Shown piece after piece: positions 62,979 through 64,000 of a stretch of 64,000 nt of DNA (position 1 is its first letter; the number at the start of each line of letters is the position of its first letter). The notes under the pieces are model-generated. The model had not been told where the DNA came from. It searched no databases and saw only the letters and a list, made by a program, of their open reading frames with translations. Source of the stretch: an uncultured Clostridia bacterium (lineage in GTDB: Bacteria; Bacillota; Clostridia; TANB77; CAG-508); contig CANQWQ010000006.1 of NCBI GenBank assembly GCA_947627595.1, positions 5,189-69,188 on the forward strand. The letters run 5' to 3'. A program made the translations under genes and the position numbers.

Positions 62979-64000
62979 ATGGAAAACGATATTGATATGA
63001 AATTATATAATGAATATTTGTCTGGTGAAAAAAGCGCTTTTGAACTACTTTATAACAAATATAAAGATAGAGTAAAATATTTTGTCTTTAATATTGTAAA
63101 AGACTATGATAGGGCTGAAGATATTGCTCAAGAGGCATTTATATATGTTTTGCAAACTAAAGTAAAAGAAGGTTATACTTTTAAATCATATCTATTTTTA
63201 GTTGCAAAAAGTAGAGCTTTGAACTTCCTTAAAATAGAGAAAAGAAGAACAGAGATAAACGAGAAATTTCTTTTTGAAGATGATGAAGTTAAAGCCGAAG
63301 ATGATATTGATGAAATTTTAGCTAAAAAAGAAGAAAAAGAAGAACTATTAAAATCAATTGATTTACTGGATGAAAGATATAAAAATGCGATATATTTAAC
63401 AAAAATTGAAGAGCTTTCATATCAAGAAACTGCTGAAATACTTGGAGAAACAGTTCAAAATGTTAAAAATTTAGTTCATAGAGGAAAATCTGAGTTAAGA
63501 AAAATTTTGATTAAGAAAGGATTTAAAGAAATGAACAAGACTTTAAAAGTTTTAATAATAGGATTAGTTGTAACGGTCGCAGTATCTGGAATTGCTTATG
63601 CAGCTACAGTAGCTTACAAAAAGGCTAGAAGCAAGGCTGAAAATAACACAAATCATAAGATAACTGTGAATCCAGTTTATGAAACTACATTAGGTGAAAA
63701 TACTGTAAATAATTTATGGGTTGGAACACTTGATTTAGCTTGGAAAGAGCTAGAAAACAAGTTAGGCCAAGATAAAATTAATTTAGTTGATGGAAATCTT
63801 CCAATTGTAGATGATTTAAATAATAGTAAATTTACAAAAGAAATGTTAGATTCAAACGATTATGAAGTTAAAGTAGAAAAGAATTTAACAGGTGGATATG
63901 ATATTGATGCTACTTTAAATAAAGAACTAAACTTCCCAGTGCCATTTGATAATTTTAGCGATTATAATAAGAATATGACATTTGGCGATGGCGAAAAATT
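62979..64000 (+). CDS. ECF sigma factor fused in frame to a TM helix and extracellular domain (runs off window)
   Basis: AEDIAQEAF, LSYQETAEILG..VKNLVHRG, then no stop into VLIIGLVVTVAVSGIAYA..LWVGTLDLAWKEL. Confidence 0.85.
   Translation, partial: MENDIDMKLYNEYLSGEKSAFELLYNKYKDRVKYFVFNIVKDYDRAEDIAQEAFIYVLQTKVKEGYTFKSYLFLVAKSRALNFLKIEKRRTEINEKFLFEDDEVKAEDDIDEILAKKEEKEELLKSIDLLDERYKNAIYLTKIEELSYQETAEILGETVQNVKNLVHRGKSELRKILIKKGFKEMNKTLKVLIIGLVVTVAVSGIAYAATVAYKKARSKAENNTNHKITVNPVYETTLGENTVNNLWVGTLDLAWKELENKLGQDKINLVDGNLPIVDDLNNSKFTKEMLDSNDYEVKVEKNLTGGYDIDATLNKELNFPVPFDNFSDYNKNMTFGDGEK

Overview
AT-rich chromosomal window from a Firmicute, most likely a Clostridia-type gut anaerobe (Spo0A-CTD, GerS-like and NdoA genes, porCDAB, smc/scpB, minD-minE-rodA). 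It holds about 65 genes, two tRNAs and a long accessory region from about 28 to 64 kb. Main observation: seven genes on both strands, including smc and dusB, are broken at 11 sites in the same way. An in-frame CGG codon is followed by the correct protein continuing in the +1 frame from the overlapping GGN glycine codon, so C-GGN behaves as a four-base glycine codon. This points to systematic recoding rather than random decay. Other candidates: (1) an operon pairing an ExoIII AP endonuclease with a group II-like reverse transcriptase that has no intron RNA; (2) a tyrosine recombinase followed by a 21-bp inverted-repeat-bounded segment upstream of a pilin-like operon, a possible phase switch; (3) a roughly 22-bp-period repeat array behind an alpha-CTD-like gene; (4) eight REP-like GGGAC[A/T]GTCCC-type palindromes; (5) six GC-rich single-gene units; (6) a MinE with a very long acidic tail; (7) an ECF sigma fused to a membrane and extracellular domain. 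All calls come from manual reading and motif recognition; no searches were run.
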